DNA of 64,000 nt. It comes from Paragordius varius (taxonomy: Eukaryota > Animalia > Nematomorpha). The stretch covers positions 8,060,001-8,124,000 of the forward strand of contig OZ176054.1 in NCBI GenBank assembly GCA_964247055.1, given 5' to 3'. Position 1 is the stretch's first letter. Every line of letters starts with the position of its first letter. The notes under the pieces are model-generated. The model saw nothing but the letters and a program-made list of their open reading frames with translations. It was not told where the DNA came from and searched no databases. Below, one piece after another: positions 27,473-41,809 of the stretch. The position numbers were made by a program, and so were the translations under genes.

Positions 27473-27880
27473 TTAGTCAGAGATTTTTATCGGAGTTACA
27501 ATCGGCGCTTTTCTAGCAGCGGATGTTTTGGGATATTCTTTTTTTTGCATTAGGACGATCTTTTGATTGTGCCACGGTGATTCAGGTGTAAGTACATTTA
27601 CTAGATTGTTTAAAAAAGGTATTTCCTGTATAAAAATGTTTTCTTCGCGAAATGTAGTAAGTCCATAACCCAAGAGTTTTATTCGAAATGCTTTTTCCAA
27701 CAGTAACCTTGTCTGTTTCTTTGCAAATGATTGTTTTAAAATAACCAGTGACAAAAGTTTGCCCTTTAAATGTTTTTGTTAGTACCATCTGTAAGTTATT
27801 ATAAAACTTGAATTCGTCATCGAGTGAAACGATTGTAGGGGCAGAGGCCTGAATTTTATAAGCCTGATGTAATTTATCCG
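27473..27880 (-). CDS. Last two exons of an unidentified protein-coding gene
   Basis: There is an acceptor CCCTAG at 27881. Exon 27880-27786 joins exon 27763-27473 through a 22-nt GT-AG intron (27764-27785), which merges two separate ORF-track frames into one 128-codon frame ending at TAA. Upstream exons were not resolved and would lie beyond the mariner at 27900-28880. Confidence 0.5.
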
Positions 27881-27899
27881 CTAGGGGTTATTAAAAGCA

Positions 27900-28880
27900 G
27901 CGTGTTTAGCCTGATCATTTGATACTGGCGTATGAGAGAATCATTTGTTGCAAAAAAATTTCTATTAGCCTCTACACATTTTGCCCATCTTTCAAGAAAT
28001 AAATTAATGTCATGCCAGAAAAACTGATTGTTTGTAGCAAACCATTCGCCAAATTTTCCAACGTCTTCAAAATTAGTGAAGTTCTGTGCGAGCGTGTGCC
28101 TCACCAGAAGAGGTTATAGTCAGATGGCGCCAGGTCCGAAGAGTACGAATGCGGAAAATTTCCGATCAGATCGATTTTATGGTCTCTTTCTGGTTTTTCT
28201 GCCAATGACGGAGCATTATCATGCACCAAAACCACTTTGCCATGTCTTTTGGCCCAAGTCGTTTTTTGATTGTTGCATGGTTATAATTAATTATTTATTG
28301 GCGCTATCCTTGTGTATAAACGTTTTAACCGAGGTTTAAAGTTTGTAAGGCACAATACCGCTGTGACAGGACATGGTCTCCTTGCCGAAACAATTTCTTG
28401 CTATCAACCGTCAAAATTCAATACAAAAATGATTTAGTTTTGTTGCTTTGCCATATACCAAGTGTATTGGTTGTTCCCCTTGCTAGTAGAGTCTACTGGT
28501 TGTTTTTTCTGCTACATATAATGGTTCTGCCGATTGCTGTTGAGTTGAGTCATTATTCTGTAAACATAAATTTTTAAAACCATGTTTCCCATGATTTAAT
28601 AGATTAAGCTTATTCGTTATATGTTTCTATCACTAAAAGATGACTTTTAAAACCCTTTTCTTCTGATGAAATAAGAAAACCAATGCGTACCGGAATTCGT
28701 TTAGGCAGAATATTTGACATAATAATGATAAATATAAAACGCTATTTCTTGACAAGCTCATTAAATGGGTGCTTCTAGTTTAATGTTAAATGAACAAATT
28801 AAGGTATACATAAAATATATCGTCTGCGTTACTTTCTTCGCTTAGTCAAACCGGTACACTTGTAGAGCACCACAGCCGTT
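27900..28880 (-). mobile_element. Mos1-like mariner, decayed
   Basis: Minus strand has an MSNILPK-like start, VHDNAPS, DLAPSDYNLF and RWAKCVEAN. A TIR remnant TACCGGTTT lies near 28860. Confidence 0.85.
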
Positions 28881-29859
28881 TTTAATGATTACGCCTAAAT
28901 TGTAAAACGAATTGTGTTCTTCGCTAGTTTTGTTGCATATGGGTTACTGACAAGCCGAACACTTGCAGGTTAAGCCGTTTTAAACATTTATTAGTTACAC
29001 TATACAAAAAGCAATTTTTAGTAAAAAAAATTCATAAAAAATTTGCTTATAACCAAGAAATCCATTTGCCGCAAAAATTTTGATTTGTTAACTGAGTTTT
29101 TGAAATATTGAGATCGAAATTAAACACAAAGTGAAATTTAAGGATAATTATAAAAATATTGGTTTAATCATCTAACACTTAGATTTGAGGTAAAACACAG
29201 ACTATATTTAAGTTGACATTCAAAAAACTACCGAAAGATATCTAAACTTAAATTTATGCTTCTATCCTAATAAATATTAATAGCCAAAATATCTAAGATA
29301 AATATAACTTTAAAAAAAGTTCCACATCAAACCACTTCGTTATATTCTACAACCGTTTTTGCAAATACCTTTGGGGTAGTTTTATATCACTGAGCCATTT
29401 GAATGAATACCTTAAAAGGAGGGAGCCTATTTGGAGGAAGCTAATTAACTTTGGGACGTACAAATTCAAACTTTAAAAATAATGTTTGCATGAGATATCT
29501 TAATATTTTTTTTGGATTATTAAGCTTCCCCAGAAATATTATTACTGTGAAATTTTGCGAATTTGGGCAATTACCACAAAGTGTAAATTTTATTATATCG
29601 CTAGTACAGCCCACAACCAAAAACACCAAAAGAATTCTGGTAGATTTACCTATCAGACTATATATTTTTTTTACCAGGTTATTTTTTAAATGCCCCAACT
29701 TAATGTACAATGCATTTTCTATATTCAGACGCTCGTTACCTTCATTTCATATAATGCGTTTACAATAACTATATTAACAATTTTGATAATCCTGTAAAAA
29801 GTGTAAATTTTAAAGCTTATTTTATTACAGTCAATATAGTAGCTTTTCGCAATTTCTTC

Positions 29860-31135
29860 AACACTTCGATTCAAATTGGGGTATTTAAATACCCCAGATA
29901 ACATATAATTTGATATTTTTTAAAAAACTACTGAAAGAAACGGTCCCAATTTAAATTTATCCTTCTATCCTTAAAACTATAAAAACGCCGAAATATCTTA
30001 TGAAAATTTAGTTTTAAAAAAAGTCCAATCTCAAACTATTTCGCCGCCATTTTTAGTTTGCAACATTTCGTTTTTATATAATTTAAATTGAAGCTAATTT
30101 TTTATTCAAATCATATCTAAAATGATAGGCACAGAAAAAGTGGTTAATTTTGTATTTCTTATATTTTGCTAATACACAATGTCACGTTGAATAAATTTTA
30201 CCTTTGGTACCTTAAAATAAGCAATATCAAGTATTTTTAGCACTTCGATTTAAATTGGGGTATCTAAATACCTTGACCAAATTTAAGTTAGGATTTTTAA
30301 AAAACTACTGAAAGAAACGGTCCCAATTTAAATTTTTGCTACTATCCTAAAAAAAATTACATAAATATACCAAAATATCTAAATAAAATTTTGTTTTGGA
30401 AAGAAAGTTTCATGTCAAACTGCGTCATTTTTATTTTACAAAATTTTTGCAAATATCGTCTTCATTATATTTTAAGGGTAAAATTAAAGCTAATTTTTTA
30501 TTTAAATTGCATCTAACATGTATAGAAATAGAAAAAGCGGTTTATACTGTGTTATTAAATTTTATCATTGCGCACATGTCACGTTGAATAAATTTTTATA
30601 TTTCGGTTTTAGCTTATAATAAGTAATATCGAATATTTTGAATAAAAATTATTATGTATTTCGGTTTAATATTATATAAGTGCCTAATTTTGCCATGGTT
30701 TTAATTCCTTCCATATTTTTACAGGAATTAAAACAACCCTGGGGTATCCAACTACCCCAATTTGAATTTAATTACCGAAATGAATGTGTTGTATACAAGT
30801 GTTAAATGAACTTTTTTATATTTAGGTTAATTAATGTTATATAAGTGCACACTTTTGCCAAGTTTTCAATTATTAATATGTTTTTTAAAGTATTTAATTT
30901 AAAACAGGCCTGAGGTATCCAACTACCCAATTGAATCGAAGGACTAAAATGAATGTGTATCCATATGTTAAAACTTTTTTATATTTAGGTTAATTAATGT
31001 TATAAAAGTGCATAATTTTGCCATAGTTTCAATTACTAACATATTTTTTGAAGTATTAAATTCTAAACACACTTGGGGTATCCAACTACCCCAATTGGAT
31101 CAAAGGACTAAAATGAATGTGTATCCAAGTGTTAA
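29860..31135 (+). mobile_element. Cluster of MITE family B copies with triplicated right end
   Basis: Left ends are at about 29860 and 30241. Right-end modules finish at about 30805, 30970 and 31135 (GTATCCAAGTG-TTAA), 51 bp before the RPF2 ATG. Confidence 0.8.
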
Positions 31136-31186
31136 CAATATCTTTGGTTGGTTGAAAGGGCACTCACTCATTCCTTATTGTAAAGC

Positions 31187-34100
31187 ATGACAATCTCACA
31201 AGAAAGAAAAGCAAAAACTAGGGCTGGGAAAATATTTTTACTTAGCAAAGAATCAAAAATAATTGAGAATGACAAAAAAACTATTTTCATAAAAGGAGAA
31301 ACAGCTAATGATGCAACTACTCGCATTTTAAAAGATTTATTTTCATTAAAAAAACAAGATGGTAAATATTTTGGCAAGAAGAATCCAATATGTCCATTTG
31401 AAAATTCGGTTCCTCTGGTAAATTTAATGTAAAAGTATAGGAATTTATATGCGATAAAAATGACACTTCCATGTTTGTATTTGGTTCCCATTCTAAAAAA
31501 CGTCCTAATAATATAGTTATTGGTATGTGTATAATTATTTTAAAGGTCGTATGTTTGATAAACACTTGTTAGATATCTATGAGTTTGGAATCCATAATTA
31601 CAAAGGAATCAGTCAATTTTCAGTTTAAATATTTATAATATTAGGTTCCAAAAGTTACACAAGGCATAAAGCCAATATTGTCCTTTAATGGATTGAGGTT
31701 TGAAAGTGACCCTAAAATGAAACGACTTAAAAATTTGTTAATAGGTTTATAATTTTTATATTTTATAGATATATTTAAAGGTCCTAAAGTCGAGCAAATA
31801 GCTGTCAATGGACTGGAACATGTTTTGTCATTTACATGTGAGGAATTAAATGACGTCGTTTATTTCCGTAGTTATAGAATGTAAGTCTAATATAATTTGC
31901 TAAGTGCATTCTTATCTTTTTCTCTCGATTCTAATTACGTAGTTAATTTATTCATTTCGATTTTTTTATAAATATAGTAAAAAAATACACAATACTAAAT
32001 TCTTAGTGAATTTTCGTCTTGGGAAAAAGTTATTAAAAATCTGCCAGATAGGTTCATATTATAATACAATATTATATATTCAAAAATTTATATAGTTCAA
32101 TCCGATCAAATCAGACTGATTGCTGTAAAATTGAATTTAAATAACACTAGACAACAAATTTTAACTTTTTTAACTGCCATTCGTGTAAATTTAAAATTAA
32201 TTTCATTAAAGTACATAATTAGTATATCTGAAAAGAAAATTGGTCTAGCATGCAAGAATTTTTTTATATTAGTTATCGATAATTTTTGGCCCCGATTTAA
32301 CATTAAACTCGAAATTTCGAAAATTAAAAGTTTTAGATATGAAGCCATGTATTTTATATCATTCGAAAGAGCGCAAAAAACTGCACCTTTTAAATGGTAG
32401 TAAGTCATTTAAATCAATCCGATGTAAAAGTTATTTGGATTTAAATGGTCGAAATTTTCAATCCTTAAATAAGTCAAGAATTTTCACAGACAAACTAATT
32501 TAAAAATCATATAAATTATTTAAATATAATTATTAGGGTTATATTAGTATTTAATTTAATAAAAATGTTTGAAAAAATTTTTGGTTTGCTTTTTTAAAAA
32601 AATTATTGTTATCATATATATTTTACCTAGTGGATACTAAAATGCATAGTTATAACTGAAAATTTATTACATAATGGCTATAAAAGATCAAAAATACCTT
32701 AAACTTTGTTTTTATCTTTAAAATTTTGAAATTATCAGCCTCGTAAAGAAAATAAATTAATATTGATGAGATGGTAATTTTTAAAAAACAAAATACTTAA
32801 AAATGGCTGTTTTGAGTGACATAAAAGCAATAAAAAATGTTTTAATCAACCGTAGAGACGCAATCTATTAGTTTGGATGATTTTATCGGTTTTTTAATGA
32901 AAGTTGGTATTTTTGGTGTACGAAAGCAGCTTTTGAGTATTCGACTTTCACTAGTTAGGAGTTTTGTTTAATTATTATTATTATAGCAAAATCGTCGTCG
33001 ATTTATTGCTTTTTCGAAGGTATATTTTCTCCAGTTTATTCGATTTGTAAGCGAGTGCTGTTAGCTGTTGTAAAGAAAAATTGGTTTCTTTGGTTAGGTT
33101 TTCGATTCAGCGCATCTTGCAGCGTCAACGTTTCCTGGATCCTTCGACCTTACTGTCATTAGTTGGAATTCCAAGTCATTAGTTCTGGTAATGTGACCAA
33201 AGTATGATAATTTCATTTTGAGGCACATGCCGATCAGGTGTATCTCGGGATTTATTTGGTCAAGGATTACGGTGTTCTTTATTTTGTCTTTCCAGGTGAT
33301 TTGTAGTATCTTCCGCCAGACCACATTTCAAAGGCATTAATGTATCTATCCTTTTTTATTGTCCAACCTTCGGACGCGTATAGCATGCTAGGAAACATTA
33401 GGGATTTGAATAATCGGATTTTTTTTGAGTTTGATGTCGTGTGACGACCATAGTTTATTATATTTTATCAATTTTTGTCTTAGCAATTCCTATTCTTCTT
33501 CTGATGTCGGGGTGCTGTTGTTGGTCGTATTTATAAAACTGCCTAGGTAAGTGTATTGGGAGACTACTTCTATTTTTTGGTTGTGAAAGGATAAGTTGTT
33601 ATAGTGGTTCTGAGCGTTTATAATCAGAATTTTAGTTTTTTTAAAGTTGATCGTCAGACCGAATTTTTGACATTCAGTTGAAAATTTTGTTAAGAGTTTT
33701 TTTAGGTTGATGGGCGCTTAATTATTCCCCAAACAACAAATCGGGGCGGTACAACCACATCCCCGAACTCATTCGTTTTATCCCAATTCATATCCTAACT
33801 GATTCATCGCATTCCCCCAAGATTGGTGAAAATCAATACTCATCCCCATCTTGAAAAAAGGCGATCCTAAATCATTTAACAACTATAGAACTATAGCGCT
33901 AATCAACCAAGCCTCAAAAGTTTTTCTCAAAATAATTCACAGGCGTATCAGGGCATAATTGCCGAACTTTTTAACACCCAAGCGGGATTTAGAACCAATC
34001 GCGGATGCAGGGACATGATCAGCAATATACGCTGGATATTCGAAAAACAAATCGAATTTCAGAAAGAAACCCATATTTGCTTCATTGATTTTTCAAAAGC

Positions 34101-36402
34101 CTTCGACAGCGTGAAGTACGACACGCTGTGGAAGCACTATCTCAGATGGGAGTATCAGATCATATTATAAACATCATCAAATCCCTTTACTCCAATTCAT
34201 CATTAACCATAAAACCCCCACACGGCACAAGTAATTGGATACGAATGAGTAATGGTTTACGCCAAGGATGCGTCCTCTCACCGACTCTTTTTAACGCTTG
34301 CATAGAAAGTGTATTAAGAAATATAGATAAAGCTAATGGCATAAGCATCGCCGGCAATATTATATCATCACTTCACTATGCCGACGATACTATACTGCTG
34401 TCAAATTCAGTGGTCAATTTAAAAAAACTCTTAACAGAATTTTCATTTGAATGTCAAAAATTTGGACTGACGATCAACTTTAAAAAAAACTAAAATTATG
34501 ATTATAAACGCTCAGAATCATTAAAACAATTTACCCTTGTTTGATTAGTTTTGTTATGCCCAAGTTTCAGAACCATAGGTAAGATCTGGTCTTATTCCTG
34601 CTTTGTAGAGATACCATTTATTATTATTGTTATTATTTTTGTATTGGAAATCATATCTAATTATATTATATCCAACCTTGTTGTATTTTTCTTTTAATAG
34701 CCTTTTATAGGCTGCCCTGGGATAATATGACATCTTTTAGATAAACAAAAGAGTCTATCAATTCGATATTATGACCATTAATTTTAAGTAACTTTAGTGG
34801 ATTAAAATTATTATTACTGGGTTCAAACAATTTAAACATTTAGAATTTATTGCATTTGTTGAATATCTGGGTGTTTCCCTTTCACTCGTTATCATTATTT
34901 TTGTTTTTGTCGGGTTTATAATCCTTCCATATTGTTCTAGGCATTTTTTCCACTTGGTATATTTATCTACCATAAATATACATATATATATATATATTTA
35001 TATACTCATAGATAATATAAAATTCTCATGGTGCCTTTGGGTTTGGGTCTTCCGAGTGTTATAAGAGAATTAATGCCATTTTTATCGCACCTGCTCCATA
35101 TAAAAATATGGCAAAATTTGCGCCTATTTTGATAAATTATTTTTTTTTGTGGCATGATATATTTTAGTGATATTTTTTGGGATGAAGCACTTAGCTTTCA
35201 CCAAAAAAAATTTACAAATGTGGGCAAATTTTGCCATTTTTTAAATAATAATCACAAAAGTGGCCACCATGTTAATACTGATACATTTTTATCTGAGCAT
35301 ATATATTTCATTAGGATTTTTTAATAGCCCCACTTTTGTGCGTAGTGTATATGGTATCGTATCACACCAATGAGAATATCACATTATGGCCATTGTTAAG
35401 TTAAGGTTTTGAATGCAGTCAATTAAGGAAATGCTATATGCGATATAAAGTCTACCTTTTTGAATACTTCTAATAATGTTTACACTTTTAATTCATAAAT
35501 ATAAAATAAATTATAATTTGACTATCATAAAATAAATTTTTATACAATATTTTAATATTTTTGTTGTTTTTTATAGCCGTTACCGTCAGGGTTAGAAGTA
35601 TTTATAACCCGCCAGATCCTACACTAGTAGTAACAATAAGAACTTTTTGACAAAACATTGGACTTATCTTTGATACATTTAAATGACATATTTCTAAAAA
35701 AGTGGTAAAAATTCATTATCATTTATTATGTATGGTGTATTTTCCTATACCAATAATTATTATATTACTTAACAATACTGCCTAGTCCATAATAAGTTGA
35801 ATAATTAATTTTAACCTGTATATATCTATTTTTAGCGATACACAACACAAAGCTACTGGACCTTGCGAATTAACTGAAATTGGTCCCAGGATGGATATGC
35901 ATCTCAGGCGCTTTAACATTGCATCGGATGATTTATTTAAGAAGGCTTTGAAAATCCCTAAACAACTCAAAGTATTTGTTTGCTTTTTAGAAAATTTATT
36001 TGTTTTATAAATTCCTATGTGGTTTAGATTCTATCCCATATTTTATTTCATATATACAATCCGCTCATCAATTTATCGATAATTTATTTTTAAATTATAA
36101 ATGTGTTTAAAACTGTAGTTCATTAATAATTTCTTTTTTCAAACCACCTATTTTATTGCCTCTAGGCTAAAAAGATCAAAAACATATCGTATGACGAGGA
36201 GGGTACTAGATTTGCTCGTATTCATATTAAACAACAAAATTTGAGCGCTTTAAGGAGCCGTAAAATCAAAGGCTTACACAAACAAGCTCCAGGTAGTTCT
36301 GATGGATTAACAGAAGCTGGAACCAACAGAGGTCCATTCCCACCTATCTTCAAGAAAAACATTGAGAAAATCAATAAATTGTGCGAAAAAATGGAGGTGT
36401 AA
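31187..36402 (+). CDS. RPF2: Ribosome production factor 2 homolog (Brix domain), 324 aa, 7 exons
   Basis: Exons: 31187-31417, 31441-31522, 31546-31622, 31645-31744, 31769-31880, 35836-35971, 36166-36402 (975 nt, phases consistent). Introns are 23, 23, 22, 24, 3955 and 194 nt. Motifs FGSHSKKRPNNIVIGRMFD, LIDIFKGP, VYFRSYR, ELTEIGPRMD, IASDDLFK and RIHIKQQNL match RPF2 from memory. Confidence 0.95.
33060..34520. mobile_element. RTE-like LINE remnant with inverted 5' part (in RPF2 intron 5)
   Basis: Plus strand 33720-34520 has the RT core (FIDFSKAFDSV, GLRQGCVLSP, YADD). Minus strand 33712-33060 has the C-terminal part (LSYFGHITR). About 100 bp is shared between the two pieces. Confidence 0.85.
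34540..34970 (-). mobile_element. Fragment of a second LINE family (same family as 62020-63180)
   Basis: Minus strand encodes KWKKCLEQYG.IINPTKTKIMI and LYKAGIRPDLTYGSETW. Confidence 0.7.
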
Positions 36403-37534
36403 CGTAGTTCCGTTGCCTTTCTTTTCTCCGTCTATACATACACTCTTACCTATCTTTATGAATGTTATGAAAAAAATCCAAAAATATAATCCATAGAAGG
36501 TGTGAGAAACACTCCACTTCAATACTTTGATAATAACATATACTCGCTAAAAATTTTATTGATTACAACAACCATAAATTAATGAATTATAAAATAAATT
36601 GTCATAAATTTATTATTCCAAATTGAAAAATGATATCGTATATAGTAATAATAATATGTAGAATATAGAGGGTATCTAAAGGCGAAAATTAACTTCATAT
36701 TATTATAAAGTTTCAAAAAATAATTAACTGAAAAATGATATTTACATTAATATTATTTTAATAGGCATTTTTGGATAATTAATAAAAATTGATACATTAC
36801 ATACAATGGGGGGATAACACAATTTAGGTTTTGTGCTTAATGAGATACATTTCGCCTAATTAATTAATTATTTTGAAACATAGGAAATATTATATAATTG
36901 AAAGGCATAATAGTAATGGCTTAAACTTTTGATTTTTAAACAAACAAATATTCGGTATTTAATTTAGCAATCATCATAAAATATAGGTAAATTGATGTAT
37001 GATTATTTATAATATAATTATATCGAGTATGAGTTTGAAGTATAAAAAGTAACATATATAAATTATGTAAATAAGATTAGGGAAGATTCTGAATGACACA
37101 CTATTAATAATGTTTTGAGTTAAATTTGAGTTTTTTAGAGCCTTTTTTTATTAAATTTTGTAATAAAATTTGGTTAAACAATGACCATTCAAGTTTTTGC
37201 GTAAATCATTTTGTTGTATTTATTTTGGTATAAAAGCTTTGTTTGTTTTGCAACAATTAGTATTTATATGAAGAAGTAATGTTAATGATAGTTTATGTGA
37301 GTGCATAATTCTAGAATATTAAGCAATTCGAGTTAGGTAAAAAAGAGTAATACATAATAGTTTCGCGTAAAACTTACAAATTAACTACTATAAATAGAGA
37401 AATGCAAAAAAAGGATTAATTTATAACTGATACCCGATTCTTGCACTATGGTAGTAAATCACACATATGTAATCATCGCAATTTTTGTGAAAAAAAAATT
37501 AACGAAAAAATATATATTTGTTTTGACAATAAAA

Positions 37535-38195
<661 letters not shown>

Positions 38196-38849
38196 AAATG
38201 AGACAAAATCTCTAACAATTATTTCTTTTTATAATAGAGTAAAGTTTTTTGTAAAATTATATGGGTATATTTTTTATGATATGTATTAGATTAGTAATCC
38301 AAATATATAAAAACAGATAAAAAAATTCTATTTATAAAAATATTTTGTATAAAAGCATATTCGAGTTTTCAAAAATTTACTACACAATGTCCACAAAAAA
38401 TATCCTAATAAATAAATATATATAATTATTTTTGATAAAAAAAAGTTTTAAGATTATCATGGTGGTTTTTAAAACCTTGTAAATAAGTTATTACTAATTT
38501 TATGGTTACTGCTCCATATCAGAAAATGGCAACTTTTGCGCAAATTTAGTTAAATAAATTTTCATGAAAGCTAATTATGTAATTCCAAAAAATACTACAA
38601 AATATCATAAATTACAAAGGAAAATATAAAATTTATTTTTAATTTTCTATGTGGGCTCCCCAAGTGTCTTCGGACCCGTTCAAAATGACCAATTCTCTGA
38701 AATAGAAGCACATGGCCTAGATTGGGTAAAATTTGTGAAGCTTACAAACACTTTTCCTTCAAATTCGTTGATGCTGAACATTTTTATATTCACATTGTTA
38801 ATTTAAAGGTTTTGGGTGAATTATAGAACAATTGGTTTTTGTTGCTAAG

Positions 38850-39600
38850 GTTGATTCCAACTAACTGCAACATTGAAAATATAACTTCTCCATTAATTGC
38901 AAATACAAGATGTGGCATTTTATTTGGATAATGTTTAGTTGGTTTCTTTAAGAATGTTATCCATCCAACTAGTTCTTCTTCTTGTTCTTTTACATGTACC
39001 ACTCACTTCAGCATCAGTAAACAGTGCGTCCGAAATCGAGAGGTTTATAACAACTTGATGAAATATATATTTATATATATATAATATATTTATATATATA
39101 TATATATATATTCTAGAAAAATATATCAGGATTATGGTGCTTGCCCTTCTGAAAACTAAAAAAGTAGATTTTTAATAAAGGCTGTATATTAAAAATGGTA
39201 AATTTTGCACTCTGTTAAATAATTTTTTATGGTAAAAGCTAAATGCTTTCCAAAAATTATCACTAACATCATAAACTACCTATAAAAAGCATATAACATT
39301 TTAAGTAGATTTAGACTCCGAAAACAAGTTTTAGCCCTTCCAAAATGGGCCATTAATCTTAAACCAAACGCATTGCCGAGATTGGATGAAAATTTTAAAT
39401 ATATCCAGTGTTTACTACAACATCTCTTAACAATTTGTACGTTTCGACCATGTCTCGAAATAGCATGAAGCAGGTTTCAACAAAATTTTGCTATAATTTT
39501 TTAAGCAAAATATCATTTTTTCAGATTTTTTTTTGTCAAGATATCTTGCAGCGCTTTCATACCGTCTTCATCATGCCTCATAAATAGTATGAAGTACGCT
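38850..39600 (-). mobile_element. Heavily decayed RTE-like LINE 3' remnants interleaved with family D MITE pieces
   Basis: Motif traces KRTRRRTSWMDN and LAYF..MRH. Confidence 0.4.
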
Positions 39601-39929
39601 AATTTTGGTATAAATTAAATTTTTAAGCAAAATATATATTTTTTCGTAAAATCTTTTTGGATAATATATAAATTTATAAATTCCCGTTTGTTTCACGAAA
39701 ACTATCGAAGGCATTAAAATATATTTTGTGTTTTTTATCAACATGTAGTTAATCCTTTTATTACGATATTTTCTGGAATAAAAAGCTTTCACCAAATTTT
39801 TTTATAAAATGTTTCGCAAATTTTGTCATTTTAAGATATGAAGCAGTTACCAGAAAACTGTAAATAAATTTCTCAAATCACTCGTAGGGGCCAAATCGAA
39901 AAAACATATCCTAATACGTTTTCACATCA

Positions 39930-39970
<41 letters not shown>

Positions 39971-41809
39971 TCATGGAAATATTGGGGACACTGTGTGAAT
40001 TCGAACACTTAATATTGAAATCCAAATTCTGAGAAGATAGTATTGTTCATTATCAACAAATTATGTATGTGTGTTTACAATATGTAAAATCGTTTTCATA
40101 CCGTTTCCACCATTCAAAATTCCAGATGTTATGCTTAATTTTTGCCAAAATCAAAATTATAAATTTTTAAAAACTCTTTTATGATGTCATGATGCAGCAT
40201 AAAACCTTTAGCGCAATTTCAGCATTTTTGCATTTATTTTAAGACAAATAATCCATTTTATGGTGCAAAAATTTGTGATTTCAAAGCCTACGTCTCAAAA
40301 TTTAAAATTAATATGAAATATATATATAGGAAAATGTTTGCTAATTTTGCGATTTTTTAATATGGATCATCCACAAAAGTACAAATAAGTTTCTTAACTC
40401 GTAGGCCCCAAAACGAAACCCAATTTGAGGATCCTAATACATCAAATCATCATATATGTTTTCAGGATATTTATTTTGTGCTCTTTTGTGAAATCAGCAA
40501 AAATTTATTAAAAATCAAGTAGAAGATCAATATGGGTCTTTAAATATAGACATATAAATTAAAAACAGGTTTATATATGCTTACTTGTAAACCATCAGAT
40601 AAACTATTTGAGCAAGCATTCCATTATAATTACTTTATCCCGTCATCATCATTAAAAAAATTGAAGATAAAGAGGCTCTGGCTTAAAAACGAAATACATC
40701 CTAACTTTTGCGGATAATATTCAATTTATACCCAAATTCATCCTTGAATATTCCATCCAATTCGATCGTTTAAATTCGATCAAAGTTCGAATCATTTAAA
40801 ATTCATTCTTGACATTTCAAATTCACCCTCTGATTCATATAAACCCTTGTACATTTCAAATTCAGACTGTTAATAAATTATGAGTTTCTGGACAAAATTA
40901 TTTCTGTATATTCTCTATTTTGAAAAAATAATTAATATTATAAGTTTATTTTACCCAGTAACAAATCTTTAAAAATCAAGGAAATTTTAATATGAGATTA
41001 AATTAACAAATAAAGGTGAATTTGTGCATAAAGTAAATATTATTTAAGGGTCTTTTGAAGTTAAAATAAATTGAATTAACGTTAAAAATTTTACATATAA
41101 ATTTTATTAAAATTTAATAACTGCTTTAAACTTGATTTAAAAAAAGTTTGATCTACATTTAAATTAAGTTTAGGCAAAATTCATTTTTGGTGTAGTACGA
41201 TAAAATCAAAATTATTTATGATGGTTTGATGACAAATGACTTTAAGTATGCGCATACCCCTTTTGATCGGGGGTAATAAATCCTTTTGAAATATATATTT
41301 ATATATAATCTTTTAAGTTTTTACAGGGTTAAAAATTATCACCTCTTATAGCTGCTATGAATCCCAAAATCTCAAACTTAGCCCCCATAATGCTAAGTTA
41401 TTTTTTTGGTAGAAACTAAATGTTTCAATTCAAATTATTTTGTTAATCTATATACTAAATTATATTTAGATGGAAACCAATGTTTGCAATTTAATTATTT
41501 TGCTGGCCTTAAACTTCACACATTTTCAAGACTTTTACCTTAAACTCAACAAAACCGTGATTGAGCATTATTTTATCCCTATGATGACCGAAACACTACA
41601 TGGGTCTTTATCCGCCACCCTTTTTGAAAAAAATACTAAAAATTATTGATTTAAATTTTATTTTGAAACTATTTTTTTGTTGTTACTAATTGATTTTTTT
41701 GATTAGGTCAATGCGTATGAACGAATAATTAACATAGCTGCTCAAAAACTGGTAAGTCATCATGAGTTATAGGCGTTGTTAATCATGAAGTTCCTTAAGA
41801 GTGGACCGG

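Noticed and set aside
28028-28339. 103-aa plus-strand ORF
   Set aside because: It is antisense to the mariner at 27900-28880.
31168-31565. Minus-strand ORFs overlapping the RPF2 5' exons
   Set aside because: They are shadows of the RPF2 coding strand.
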